DNA from: a virus
Virus record (IMG/VR): IMGVR_UViG_3300044971_004534
DNA length: 64,000 nucleotides
Strand: one strand, 5' to 3'
Shown: one piece after another, positions 8,474-15,093 of the stretch
Layout of the letters: every line of letters begins with the position of its first letter
Position numbering within the stretch: position 1 is the first letter of the stretch
Translations under genes and position numbers: made by a program
Notes under the pieces: model-generated
Database searches by the model: none
What the model was told of the DNA's origin: nothing
What the model saw: the letters and a program-made list of their open reading frames with translations, nothing else

Positions 8474-8872
8474 GTGGACGCAAAGCACCCGATCAGAAAC
8501 TTGGTATACGAACGCATGACAACTCTCGCATCGTGCACCGTAGGAACGATTGATGTCCTCAACGAGATGCTCCCATCTCTTGAGAATGACGAGATCGACC
8601 CAAACGCGATTGCGTTTCAGACGGATGAGTTCCGTGCGATGATGAAGGAGACCTACAGCGGTCAGCACATTGCTATGGTTCTGTATCCGAACGGACAGAC
8701 CATGCACCGCAGGTTCTACTGTTGGTATGTCAGCACCGAACACAACAAGAGCGGAAATGCGTGGATGATCCTCACCCACCGACATCCCGACTTGTTCACG
8801 AAGGGCAAGATCATGCGACCTGATGACTTCACAAAGAGCATGGCACTGCTTCAGACGATGGAAACCAAGTGA
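8474..8872 (+). CDS. hypothetical protein
   Basis: GTG start exactly 21 nt after motif 8439-8453, with GGAGG SD. Confidence 0.5.
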   Translation: MDAKHPIRNLVYERMTTLASCTVGTIDVLNEMLPSLENDEIDPNAIAFQTDEFRAMMKETYSGQHIAMVLYPNGQTMHRRFYCWYVSTEHNKSGNAWMILTHRHPDLFTKGKIMRPDDFTKSMALLQTMETK

Positions 8873-8881
8873 GGCACCGCA

Positions 8882-9187
8882 ATGAAGATCAAGAAGGCAA
8901 TCGCTGAACTCAAGCGTTTGGAGAAGGAGTTTGGAGGAGATCAGCACATCTGCTGCTTCTATGTGTGTCCAAACTTTGTAATCGACTCTGCAAGTCATCA
9001 AGACAAGTCCATTACCGCAGAAATCGCGGGAAAGATTCTGAAGGAAGTGATGGCAGAGGAGGAGCGCGAAGGACATATGTTCCGCGTGTTCTCCGATCTT
9101 GTCGATGCCTACATCGCTGATTACGACCCTGACCCCCTTGACGATCTCGTAGACGCAGCAAAGTCCAAGAAGAAAGGCAAGAAATGA
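8882..9187 (+). CDS. hypothetical protein
   Basis: ORF track; C-terminal DPLDDLVDAAKSKKK resembles the tail of the next gene. Confidence 0.5.
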   Translation: MKIKKAIAELKRLEKEFGGDQHICCFYVCPNFVIDSASHQDKSITAEIAGKILKEVMAEEEREGHMFRVFSDLVDAYIADYDPDPLDDLVDAAKSKKKGKK

Positions 9188-9447
9188 CGCATCCTGCAAA
9201 CAAGCAAACCGCTGATTTCCTCCTCAAGCAGCAGCGGCGTGTGTTCACCATCGACCTAACTGCCCTTGATGTCGCTGACCATCTTGGTTGCAGCGAGGAG
9301 CGCGCAGAGCGTGTCATTGAAGATATGTCTCACAACTGCGATGCTCTGTTTGACTACATCTGGAACCTTGTTGACGAGTGTGCAACGGGGATTCCTGAAG
9401 ATCCAATCGCTGACCTGATGGATGCGGCGAAGAAGGACGAGAAGTAA
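9184..9447 (+). CDS. hypothetical protein
   Basis: ATGA overlap with the previous gene; C-terminal DPIADLMDAAKKDEK. Confidence 0.5.
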   Translation: MTHPANKQTADFLLKQQRRVFTIDLTALDVADHLGCSEERAERVIEDMSHNCDALFDYIWNLVDECATGIPEDPIADLMDAAKKDEK

Positions 9448-9450
9448 GCA

Positions 9451-9468
9451 GCCGCCTCGTTTTCCCCC
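9451..9468 (+). promoter_or_regulatory. intergenic motif copy
   Basis: gccgcctcgttttccccc; 64 nt to ATG 9532. Confidence 0.8.
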
Positions 9469-9531
9469 TTCCCCGGTGGGGTTGCGGTGTTGCCCGCCGT
9501 GGGCAGCAGACGCAACAAGAAAGGACGAACG

Positions 9532-9960
9532 ATGACGATGACGAAGATCAGCCTCGATGTGAAGTCGAAGGGTGCTGCGGAGATCGTGAAGGAACTCCTC
9601 AACCTCCCCGAAGGCTTCACCTCCGGTCGCGTGGAAGTGGCGTTCAACTTCACCGCCGACAAGGGTGCGGACGAGACTTACACCGCCGTGCAGGAACTCT
9701 GCCCGTGGACGCTCGTGGCGGTTCTCATGTCCAAGATCAACGGGGTTACGCAGGATGCCGTGATCGACTGCATCCCCACGATCATGGAGATGAACGACAA
9801 GCAGCGCAAGGTGCTGCGCGAGTCGCTGAAGGAGTCCACCACGAAGCGGCTTGAGGAGATGGGCGCATTCGTGCAGAAGGTGCGCTCCGGCAAGACGCGC
9901 ATCGAAGTGGCGGGCGATGCCACCGTGACGGGGGATAACCTCCCGGTCGCAACCGCCTAA
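9532..9960 (+). CDS. hypothetical protein
   Basis: In-frame ATG with AAAGGA 7 nt upstream (track start 9487 rejected). Confidence 0.55.
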   Translation: MTMTKISLDVKSKGAAEIVKELLNLPEGFTSGRVEVAFNFTADKGADETYTAVQELCPWTLVAVLMSKINGVTQDAVIDCIPTIMEMNDKQRKVLRESLKESTTKRLEEMGAFVQKVRSGKTRIEVAGDATVTGDNLPVATA

Positions 9961-9975
9961 CAGACCCCCGGAACG

Positions 9976-10009
9976 GAGGGGAGGCAAGTAGTGCGCCTCC
10001 CCTCTTTTT
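9976..10009 (+). terminator. terminator-like hairpin
   Basis: GAGGGGAGGC-9 nt loop-GCCTCCCCTC, then ttttt. Confidence 0.65.
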
Positions 10010-10014
10010 CCCCC
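10001..10014 (+). promoter_or_regulatory. intergenic motif copy
   Basis: cctctttttccccc; 21 nt to ATG 10035. Confidence 0.8.
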
Positions 10015-10034
10015 TCAACCGGAGTATTTGCGGC

Positions 10035-10148
10035 ATGGACACAATCATCCTCATGCTCATCGGATCGAACCTTGCCTTGATTGGCTACCTGTGCCACAAG
10101 GACATGAAGGGCAAGCGCAGCAAGTCGCGCAGGAAGGCAACGGCGTGA
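10035..10148 (+). CDS. small membrane protein (37 aa, below track cutoff)
   Basis: ATG 21 nt after motif 10001-10014; MDTIILMLIGSNLALIGYLC followed by a basic tail. Confidence 0.35.
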   Translation: MDTIILMLIGSNLALIGYLCHKDMKGKRSKSRRKATA

Positions 10149-10456
10149 AGTCGAACCCTTACATTCAGATGCTTGAACCTCTCATCGGTGGAACGATCAC
10201 GAAGATCATCTACGATGAAAGCGACCCGCATGGTGATCCGTTCTGCGGCTTCATCGTGACGCGACCCGAAGCCGTGTATCAGGTGATTGCCTTGCGTGAT
10301 CCCGAAGGCAACGGAGCCGGGTTCGTGGAAGTGACGAAGGTAAGAACTTGGCTGAAGGACACTTGCGACAAGTGTGGCGGACTGATCAACGGGATTGACA
10401 AGTTCCCCGCAGTTGGTACAATGGGCGTACCGATCTGCACAGATTGCGACAACTAA
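10145..10456 (+). CDS. hypothetical protein
   Basis: GTGA overlap with the 10035 ORF; an alternative ATG exists at 10168; C-terminal CDKCGG...CTDC. Confidence 0.45.
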   Translation: MKSNPYIQMLEPLIGGTITKIIYDESDPHGDPFCGFIVTRPEAVYQVIALRDPEGNGAGFVEVTKVRTWLKDTCDKCGGLINGIDKFPAVGTMGVPICTDCDN

Positions 10457-10466
10457 TCCTTTCTGC

Positions 10467-10510
10467 GAAGGGAGTGCGTTCCGAAGTGAATGCGCTCCCT
10501 TCCTCTTTTT
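10467..10510 (+). terminator. terminator-like hairpin
   Basis: GAAGGGAGTGC...GCGCTCCCTTC (one G.U pair), then ctcttttt. Confidence 0.55.
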
Positions 10511-10515
10511 CCCCC
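10501..10515 (+). promoter_or_regulatory. intergenic motif copy
   Basis: tcctctttttccccc; 39 nt to ATG 10554. Confidence 0.8.
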
Positions 10516-10553
10516 TGTTCCCCGCCTCTTGGGTTGTCGAAAGGAGACAACGA

Positions 10554-10805
10554 ATGGGTTACAAGCAGATTGGTCGCCTCATCGTTTCGCAAGATGAGAG
10601 CGAGTGGATTGACATCAAGCGTCCGTGTGTCGTGACGGGTGAACCGTACAGCGTCAGCGTTCGCCGCACCGATTGGGATGCGTGGAAGGGCGGCAAGTTG
10701 GCGCAACTTGCGTTCCCTTACCTCTCCCGCGAGGATCGTGAGTTCATCATCAGCGGAACCAGCCCGCAAGGTTGGGAGGAGTTGTTTGGAGGTAACGATG
10801 AGTGA
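10554..10805 (+). CDS. hypothetical protein
   Basis: In-frame ATG with GAAAGGAG SD, 39 nt after motif 10501-10515. Confidence 0.55.
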   Translation: MGYKQIGRLIVSQDESEWIDIKRPCVVTGEPYSVSVRRTDWDAWKGGKLAQLAFPYLSREDREFIISGTSPQGWEELFGGNDE

Positions 10806-10938
10806 TCCATCGCTAGACCCCTCTGACGAGGACAACTACGACGGCGGCGAGTTCTTCTACGAGGAGCCGTCTGACGAGCCAATGTGGGAGCCAAACGAGT
10901 TCTACACCGATCCCATGTACGGGTCGGAAACTTTCTAA
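10798..10938 (+). CDS. small acidic protein (46 aa)
   Basis: ATG overlaps the previous stop by 8 nt; the product is D/E/P/Y-rich. Confidence 0.4.
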   Translation: MSDPSLDPSDEDNYDGGEFFYEEPSDEPMWEPNEFYTDPMYGSETF

Positions 10939-10952
10939 TCTTCTTGCGTCCT

Positions 10953-10994
10953 GCGGGGCGGGGTACTTCCTTTCCCCCGCCCCGCTATCTTTTT
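10953..10994 (+). terminator. terminator-like hairpin
   Basis: GCGGGGCGGGG-loop-CCCCGCCCCGC, then tatctttt. Confidence 0.6.
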
Positions 10995-10999
10995 CCCCC
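10986..10999 (+). promoter_or_regulatory. intergenic motif copy
   Basis: tatctttttccccc; 21 nt to ATG 11020. Confidence 0.8.
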
Positions 11000-11019
11000 T
11001 TTGCCGACAAACTTCTAGC

Positions 11020-11244
11020 ATGGACAAGAGAACTTCCCCCATCAACGGTCTGTACCTCCACGATGTCTACACCGATGCTGCCCGCATCAAGTCGTGCTTC
11101 CCGTGGGCTGATGTGAAGCCCGGAATGGAGATGGAGTGCTGGTCTACTCCGTTCAACTTCCCGTCGCCCACCGATTTCAACATCCTCATGCTGCGAGACA
11201 TGAACGGCGAACTGATCGCCACGAAGCGCGAGGAGGGTTACTAA
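11020..11244 (+). CDS. hypothetical protein
   Basis: ATG 21 nt after motif 10986-10999. Confidence 0.5.
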   Translation: MDKRTSPINGLYLHDVYTDAARIKSCFPWADVKPGMEMECWSTPFNFPSPTDFNILMLRDMNGELIATKREEGY

Positions 11245-11255
11245 ACCCTCTTTTT
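11233..11255 (+). terminator. terminator-like hairpin spanning the stop codon
   Basis: GAGGGTT-acta-AACCCTC, then ttttt. Confidence 0.55.
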
Positions 11256-11260
11256 CCCCC
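11246..11260 (+). promoter_or_regulatory. intergenic motif copy
   Basis: ccctctttttccccc; 39 nt to ATG 11299. Confidence 0.8.
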
Positions 11261-11298
11261 ACCGTGGTAGACTTTTGGGCAGAAAGGAACTTCCCCCA

Positions 11299-11487
11299 AT
11301 GGCTGAACTGCGAGTCACGATCAACCTGAACAACGACGCCTTCCATGTGGACGAGTTCAACGAGGTGTCCCGCGTCTTTGAGAGTCTTGCGCGCAAGGTG
11401 GCGCGAGGCGACATGAGGAACCACGCCATCATGGACTCCAACGGCAACACGGTCGGTTCGTTCACCGTGATTGACGAGGATGCGTGA
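11299..11487 (+). CDS. hypothetical protein (62 aa)
   Basis: ATG with AGAAAGGA SD, 39 nt after motif 11246-11260. Confidence 0.5.
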   Translation: MAELRVTINLNNDAFHVDEFNEVSRVFESLARKVARGDMRNHAIMDSNGNTVGSFTVIDEDA

Positions 11488-11708
11488 TGGAGTATCCCAA
11501 CAAGTGCATCAAGTGCGGAGAGGTTCACCAAGACCCCAACGCAGGACGATGGACGGAATGCAGGGAGTGCGAGGCTCGTAGCCCAAGAGTCATCACCCCT
11601 TCCTACTTCCATTTCGTGACGGGAATGACAGACGAACAACTGGAGGCAACCTATGAAGCCCAACGACAACTCGTCCTCAACCACAAGCGGAACAAAGTGC
11701 GGATGTGA
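11484..11708 (+). CDS. hypothetical zinc-ribbon protein
   Basis: ATGA overlap with the previous gene; CIKCGEV...CRECE. Confidence 0.5.
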   Translation: MMEYPNKCIKCGEVHQDPNAGRWTECRECEARSPRVITPSYFHFVTGMTDEQLEATYEAQRQLVLNHKRNKVRM

Positions 11709-11826
11709 CGGGTGTGACGGGTCATTCGATCCCGATGCCCTCACGGAGTGCAGGTACGACTATCCCGATGAATCGTGGGAGTGGTTCAAGTTCTGCCCCG
11801 ATTGCCTCAAGGCTGACGCATTCTAG
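11653..11826 (+). CDS. possible small Cys-rich protein (57 aa), overlapping alternate frame
   Basis: Hand translation ...KCGCDGCDGSFDPDALTECRYDYPDESWEWFKFCPDCLKADAF; GGAGG 6 nt upstream of the ATG; 56-nt overlap with 11484..11708. Confidence 0.3.
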   Translation: MKPNDNSSSTTSGTKCGCDGCDGSFDPDALTECRYDYPDESWEWFKFCPDCLKADAF

Positions 11827-11832
11827 GCAGCC

Positions 11833-11847
11833 GCCTCGTTTTCCCCC
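11833..11847 (+). promoter_or_regulatory. intergenic motif copy
   Basis: gcctcgttttccccc; 34 nt to ATG 11881. Confidence 0.8.
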
Positions 11848-11880
11848 TGCCTCGCACCGCTTGGGGCAGAAAGGAAACTC

Positions 11881-12198
11881 ATGCAGCCCAAGTATGTGAA
11901 CCTCACCGACAAGCCCGCTGACTACTCCGACAACAACGGTCACGGTCAGCCCACCCACCTCCAGTCGCGTAGCACCGGAAGGTGGATCAAGACTCCCGAT
12001 GGCTACTGCCGTCGTGACGATGGCATCATCTCCCACAAGTACCTCAAGAACGAGGAAGGCGAGTGGGAGTGGTTCCCCGTCCCGTCTACGGAGGAACTCA
12101 ACTTCATGGCGTTCGACTCCGTGTGCCAAACGCCGTGGGGCGACGATGTGGAACCCGATCACCCCAAGTCGTGGCTCCGCATCTTGGGAATGATCTGA
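11881..12198 (+). CDS. hypothetical protein
   Basis: ATG 34 nt after motif 11833-11847, with GGGGCAGAAAGGA block. Confidence 0.55.
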   Translation: MQPKYVNLTDKPADYSDNNGHGQPTHLQSRSTGRWIKTPDGYCRRDDGIISHKYLKNEEGEWEWFPVPSTEELNFMAFDSVCQTPWGDDVEPDHPKSWLRILGMI

Positions 12199-12249
12199 AC
12201 CCCCGGAAGGGATGGGGGAGTTGATGGCAACATCCTCCCCTGTCCTTCC

Positions 12250-12263
12250 TCTCGTTTTCCCCC
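12250..12263 (+). promoter_or_regulatory. intergenic motif copy
   Basis: tctcgttttccccc; 39 nt to ATG 12302. Confidence 0.8.
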
Positions 12264-12301
12264 AGTCGGGTAGTTTTTCGGGCAACAAGAAAGGTACTTC
12301 A

Positions 12302-12523
12302 ATGAACGACACCCTCCTCAGCATCTTCATGGCTTGCGACACGATCAAGGCGACCATCCTTGAGAACGCTCAACTCAAGGAGGAGAATGCTCAACTCCGT
12401 GAGCGCATCAAGGCGGCTGACGCTGCGCGTGATGAGGGATTCCGTTCTGCGGAGCGGTATCACGAGGAGATGGTGAAGTCCCTGCTCAGCGGGGAACTCA
12501 TCGTCAACAGGGGAGGAAACTAG
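12302..12523 (+). CDS. hypothetical coiled-coil protein
   Basis: In-frame ATG with AGAAAGG SD, 39 nt after motif 12250-12263. Confidence 0.5.
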   Translation: MNDTLLSIFMACDTIKATILENAQLKEENAQLRERIKAADAARDEGFRSAERYHEEMVKSLLSGELIVNRGGN

Positions 12524-12529
12524 GCAACC

Positions 12530-12544
12530 GCCTCGTTTTCCCCC
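12530..12544 (+). promoter_or_regulatory. intergenic motif copy
   Basis: gcctcgttttccccc; 52 nt to ATG 12596. Confidence 0.8.
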
Positions 12545-12595
12545 TTCCCCGCTCCCGTTAGGACACAGCCCCAAAGGGGCAGAAAGGATCGCAAG

Positions 12596-12958
12596 ATGAA
12601 GAAGATGCTCGTTATCAAGATGAACGGTCAGGTGGAGGAGCGCGAGAACACGGGTCTGGAGTCCCTCCAGTCGGGTGTCGGTGGCTGGATCGAAGGCATC
12701 GACTTGGGCAACGGCGCGATGATGTACTGCAACGAGGAGGGCAAGTGCAACGGTCTGCCCGCTAACCTCGTCGCTACGCGCCTCTACGAGAACGCATTCG
12801 GCAAGGGCATCGACATCGTCGTGGGCGATGTGGTCATCGTCGGCTACATCTCCCCCTCCGGTGAGAACGACGGCGAGGACTACGACTACCCCGCGTGGGT
12901 GTCGGACGCAGCACGCAAGGAAGCGGAAGCGTTCGCACCGCGCTGCACGGTGTCGTGA
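12596..12958 (+). CDS. DUF3846-like protein
   Basis: LQSGVGGWIEGIDL...YCNEEGKCNGLPAN...GDVVIVG matches my recollection of DUF3846. Confidence 0.6.
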   Translation: MKKMLVIKMNGQVEERENTGLESLQSGVGGWIEGIDLGNGAMMYCNEEGKCNGLPANLVATRLYENAFGKGIDIVVGDVVIVGYISPSGENDGEDYDYPAWVSDAARKEAEAFAPRCTVS

Positions 12959-12968
12959 ACAAGAGAAG

Positions 12969-13003
12969 GGGAGGGAGTCGAAAGGCTCCCTCCCTCTCTT
13001 TTT
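12969..13003 (+). terminator. terminator-like hairpin
   Basis: GGGAGGGAG-tcgaaagg-CTCCCTCCC, then tctcttttt. Confidence 0.6.
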
Positions 13004-13007
13004 CCCC
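12994..13007 (+). promoter_or_regulatory. intergenic motif copy (4-C variant)
   Basis: ctctctttttcccc; 40 nt to ATG 13047. Confidence 0.7.
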
Positions 13008-13046
13008 TCGCACCGCACTGCTTGGGGCAGAAAGGAAAGCAACAGA

Positions 13047-13217
13047 ATGGGTAAGGGAATGATTCGAATCGCCGTAGTGATCTGTGTGGCGTTCACCGTG
13101 TCTGCCGCCATCATGTGGGCATTCATCAACTGGCTAGACGCCAATCCCGTAGTGGTGGCTGGGTTCCTTGGAATGGGCTACGCAAGCAACCATTTCTTCA
13201 ACCCACCGCGCCGCTAG
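13047..13217 (+). CDS. small membrane protein (56 aa)
   Basis: In-frame ATG after GGGGCAGAAAGGA; two hydrophobic segments. Confidence 0.45.
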   Translation: MGKGMIRIAVVICVAFTVSAAIMWAFINWLDANPVVVAGFLGMGYASNHFFNPPRR

Positions 13218-13285
13218 CACCGAAGCACCGCACCGCGCACCGCTTTTCGCGGGGAAGGGAATCTAGGGGAACAAATCCTCTTTTT

Positions 13286-13299
13286 CCCCTCCCCGCCAA
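13286..13299 (+). promoter_or_regulatory. intergenic motif copy (4-C variant)
   Basis: tcctctttttcccc; 26 nt to ATG 13325. Confidence 0.7.
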
Positions 13300-13324
13300 G
13301 CCGTTGGAACAGAAAGGAACCCCC

Positions 13325-13552
13325 ATGAACGAAGAATGGTGGAAGAACACCAAGCCAGACCCGGTCAGGAGTGGCTACAGCGTGGTCGATACGGTCACGC
13401 TGGAGGAACGCGAACTCTCCGTACATGACGCAAACCACCGCTTGCAGCAGGAATGCAACTCCCTGCGGGCGAAACTGCGAAACATGGAGGAGCAGATCAA
13501 GAAGTTGCAGATCGAACGCGACCTGCTCATGCAGATCGTTCTCAAGAAGTAA
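13325..13552 (+). CDS. hypothetical coiled-coil protein
   Basis: In-frame ATG after CAGAAAGGA. Confidence 0.5.
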   Translation: MNEEWWKNTKPDPVRSGYSVVDTVTLEERELSVHDANHRLQQECNSLRAKLRNMEEQIKKLQIERDLLMQIVLKK

Positions 13553-13578
13553 GCCACATACGGCTCACTTCCACCTGT

Positions 13579-13593
13579 GGCTCGTTTTCCCCC
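13579..13593 (+). promoter_or_regulatory. intergenic motif copy
   Basis: ggctcgttttccccc; 40 nt to ATG 13633. Confidence 0.8.
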
Positions 13594-13632
13594 TCTCCCT
13601 CCCCTCTTGGGGAGCAGAAAGGAAGAAACGCC

Positions 13633-13791
13633 ATGAAGTCAGTCGTAGACATCGCTCGCAAGATCGCGTGGGAGACTCGCAGGGACGAGATCGCTGCGGG
13701 TCGTCGCGTCCGCTCCAAGACTTGGGGCAAGAAGTCGCGTGATCCCCGCAAGGCACGACGCGAAAGCAGGCGCGAACTCTCGCGTATGTAG
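13633..13791 (+). CDS. small basic protein (52 aa)
   Basis: In-frame ATG after GCAGAAAGGA, 40 nt after motif 13579-13593. Confidence 0.4.
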   Translation: MKSVVDIARKIAWETRRDEIAAGRRVRSKTWGKKSRDPRKARRESRRELSRM

Positions 13792-13808
13792 AGCGCGCCC
13801 AAGCAGCC

Positions 13809-13823
13809 GCCTCGTTTTCCCCC
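13809..13823 (+). promoter_or_regulatory. intergenic motif copy
   Basis: gcctcgttttccccc; 52 nt to ATG 13875. Confidence 0.8.
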
Positions 13824-13874
13824 TGCCCCGCTCCCGTTGGGTCAGCCCCAAAGGGGCAGAAAGGACGCTGCAAC

Positions 13875-14078
13875 ATGAAGAAGCAGCACGACGCGGGTTT
13901 CGGGTGCATGGGGGACACGGTGGAGGTGGAGGCGCGTGTGACCGGCAAGGGCGGGCGGTCGTGGACGAGCCTCGACCGCAAGGTGGAGGCGGAGGGGCAG
14001 AGCCTCGCCTACATGGGTCGCCTGTGGTTCTGCGGCAAGGTCTGGGAATGCCCGACCCCTGAAACCGCCCTCGCCTGA
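13875..14078 (+). CDS. hypothetical protein (67 aa)
   Basis: ORF track; 52-nt leader class. Confidence 0.45.
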   Translation: MKKQHDAGFGCMGDTVEVEARVTGKGGRSWTSLDRKVEAEGQSLAYMGRLWFCGKVWECPTPETALA

Positions 14079-14099
14079 AGCGGCGGAACCGTCCCCGAA

Positions 14100-14121
14100 G
14101 GGGAGCCGAAAGCGGCTCCCC
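14100..14121 (+). terminator. GC hairpin (weak T tract)
   Basis: GGGGAGCCG-aaag-CGGCTCCCC. Confidence 0.4.
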
Positions 14122-14147
14122 TTCCTCATTTGGTGAACTAGGCAGCC

Positions 14148-14162
14148 GTATCGTTTTCCCCC
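14148..14162 (+). promoter_or_regulatory. intergenic motif copy
   Basis: gtatcgttttccccc; 54 nt to ATG 14216. Confidence 0.8.
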
Positions 14163-14215
14163 TGCCTCGCTCCCGTTGTGGTGTAGCCCCAACGGGGCAG
14201 AAAGGATACGCAAGA

Positions 14216-14698
14216 ATGGACAAGCAGCAGAAGATGTCGGCTCTCGCGCAGATCATCGGGAGCAACCCGCAGAAGGCGGAGTTCGCGGCGAGCCTCCTGG
14301 GTGCGCTGGCGAAGGGCAACCCGACCCCCAAGCAGGCGGAGTGGATCGACCGCCTCATCAACGAGGAAGCGAACCCCGTCCCGTCGCTCACGCTCGCCCC
14401 GCTCGTGGAGGCGTTCCGCGCAGCGGCGCAGGCGGTCAAGTTCCCGAAGGTCGTCGTGGAGGCTGACGGCGTGGAGTGGACGCTCTCGTACACTCGCCCC
14501 GACTCCGACAAGGCGAAGCCCGAGAACAAGGACACGGTGGGCATCGCATCGGGCAAGTGGGGCGACCCCGCCGCGAAGTGGGCAGGGCGCATCCTCGCGG
14601 ATGGCACGGTGAAGTGGGGCAAGGACGCGACCCCCGCTCTCGCGGACGCCATCGCCGCCATCCCGACCGCTCCGCTCCCCCTCAAGACGCGGAAGTGA
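14216..14698 (+). CDS. hypothetical protein
   Basis: ORF track; 54-nt leader class. Confidence 0.5.
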   Translation: MDKQQKMSALAQIIGSNPQKAEFAASLLGALAKGNPTPKQAEWIDRLINEEANPVPSLTLAPLVEAFRAAAQAVKFPKVVVEADGVEWTLSYTRPDSDKAKPENKDTVGIASGKWGDPAAKWAGRILADGTVKWGKDATPALADAIAAIPTAPLPLKTRK

Positions 14699-14706
14699 AC
14701 AGCGGA

Positions 14707-14741
14707 GGGGCGGGAGTCGAAAGGCTCCCGCCCCTCGTTTT
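14707..14741 (+). terminator. terminator-like hairpin
   Basis: GGGGCGGGAG-tcgaaagg-CTCCCGCCCC, then tcgtttt. Confidence 0.6.
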
Positions 14742-14746
14742 CCCCC
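14732..14746 (+). promoter_or_regulatory. intergenic motif copy
   Basis: ccctcgttttccccc; 52 nt to ATG 14798. Confidence 0.8.
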
Positions 14747-14797
14747 TGCACCGCACCCGTTGTGGTGTAGCCCCAACGGGGCAGAAAGGATCGAACG

Positions 14798-15061
14798 ATG
14801 CCCAAGTGGATCGTCGGAACGCAGTACATGGAGAACTACGGCGACAGCGAGAAGCCGTACTGGAAGGCGAAGGGCGGCAGCGACTACGCCGTGGAAGCCG
14901 CAACCGCCGCCGATGCGGAGCGCGTGGTGCAGGAGAAGAAGTGCCACAAGACCGACTACTCCGAGGAGTACATCATCGGCACCACGATCCCCTACGAGCA
15001 GTTCGTGCAGGAGTGCCGCGACCACCCGTGGATGATCGAAGGGGTCGAAACAGTCGCCTAA
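14798..15061 (+). CDS. hypothetical protein
   Basis: ORF track; 52-nt leader class; last gene of the GC-rich array. Confidence 0.5.
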   Translation: MPKWIVGTQYMENYGDSEKPYWKAKGGSDYAVEAATAADAERVVQEKKCHKTDYSEEYIIGTTIPYEQFVQECRDHPWMIEGVETVA

Positions 15062-15093
15062 TCAACGGGAGCCACACGGCTCCCCATCCTTTC

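Noticed and set aside
11705-11899. Track ORF 11705..11899
   Set aside because: It is a Ser/Pro/Arg-rich product that runs through motif copy 11833-11847 and into the next gene's start. The alternative frame 11653..11826 looks more protein-like.
807-14746. Integron-like cassette array (motif as attC) or a CRISPR-like array
   Set aside because: The repeats are only 13-18 nt. They lack the R''/L''-L'/R' inverted-core structure and the GTTRRRY core in most copies. They sit upstream of genes at a fixed register rather than downstream. The spacing of 80-1000 bp contains ORFs, so this is not a CRISPR array. No integrase or cas gene is visible.
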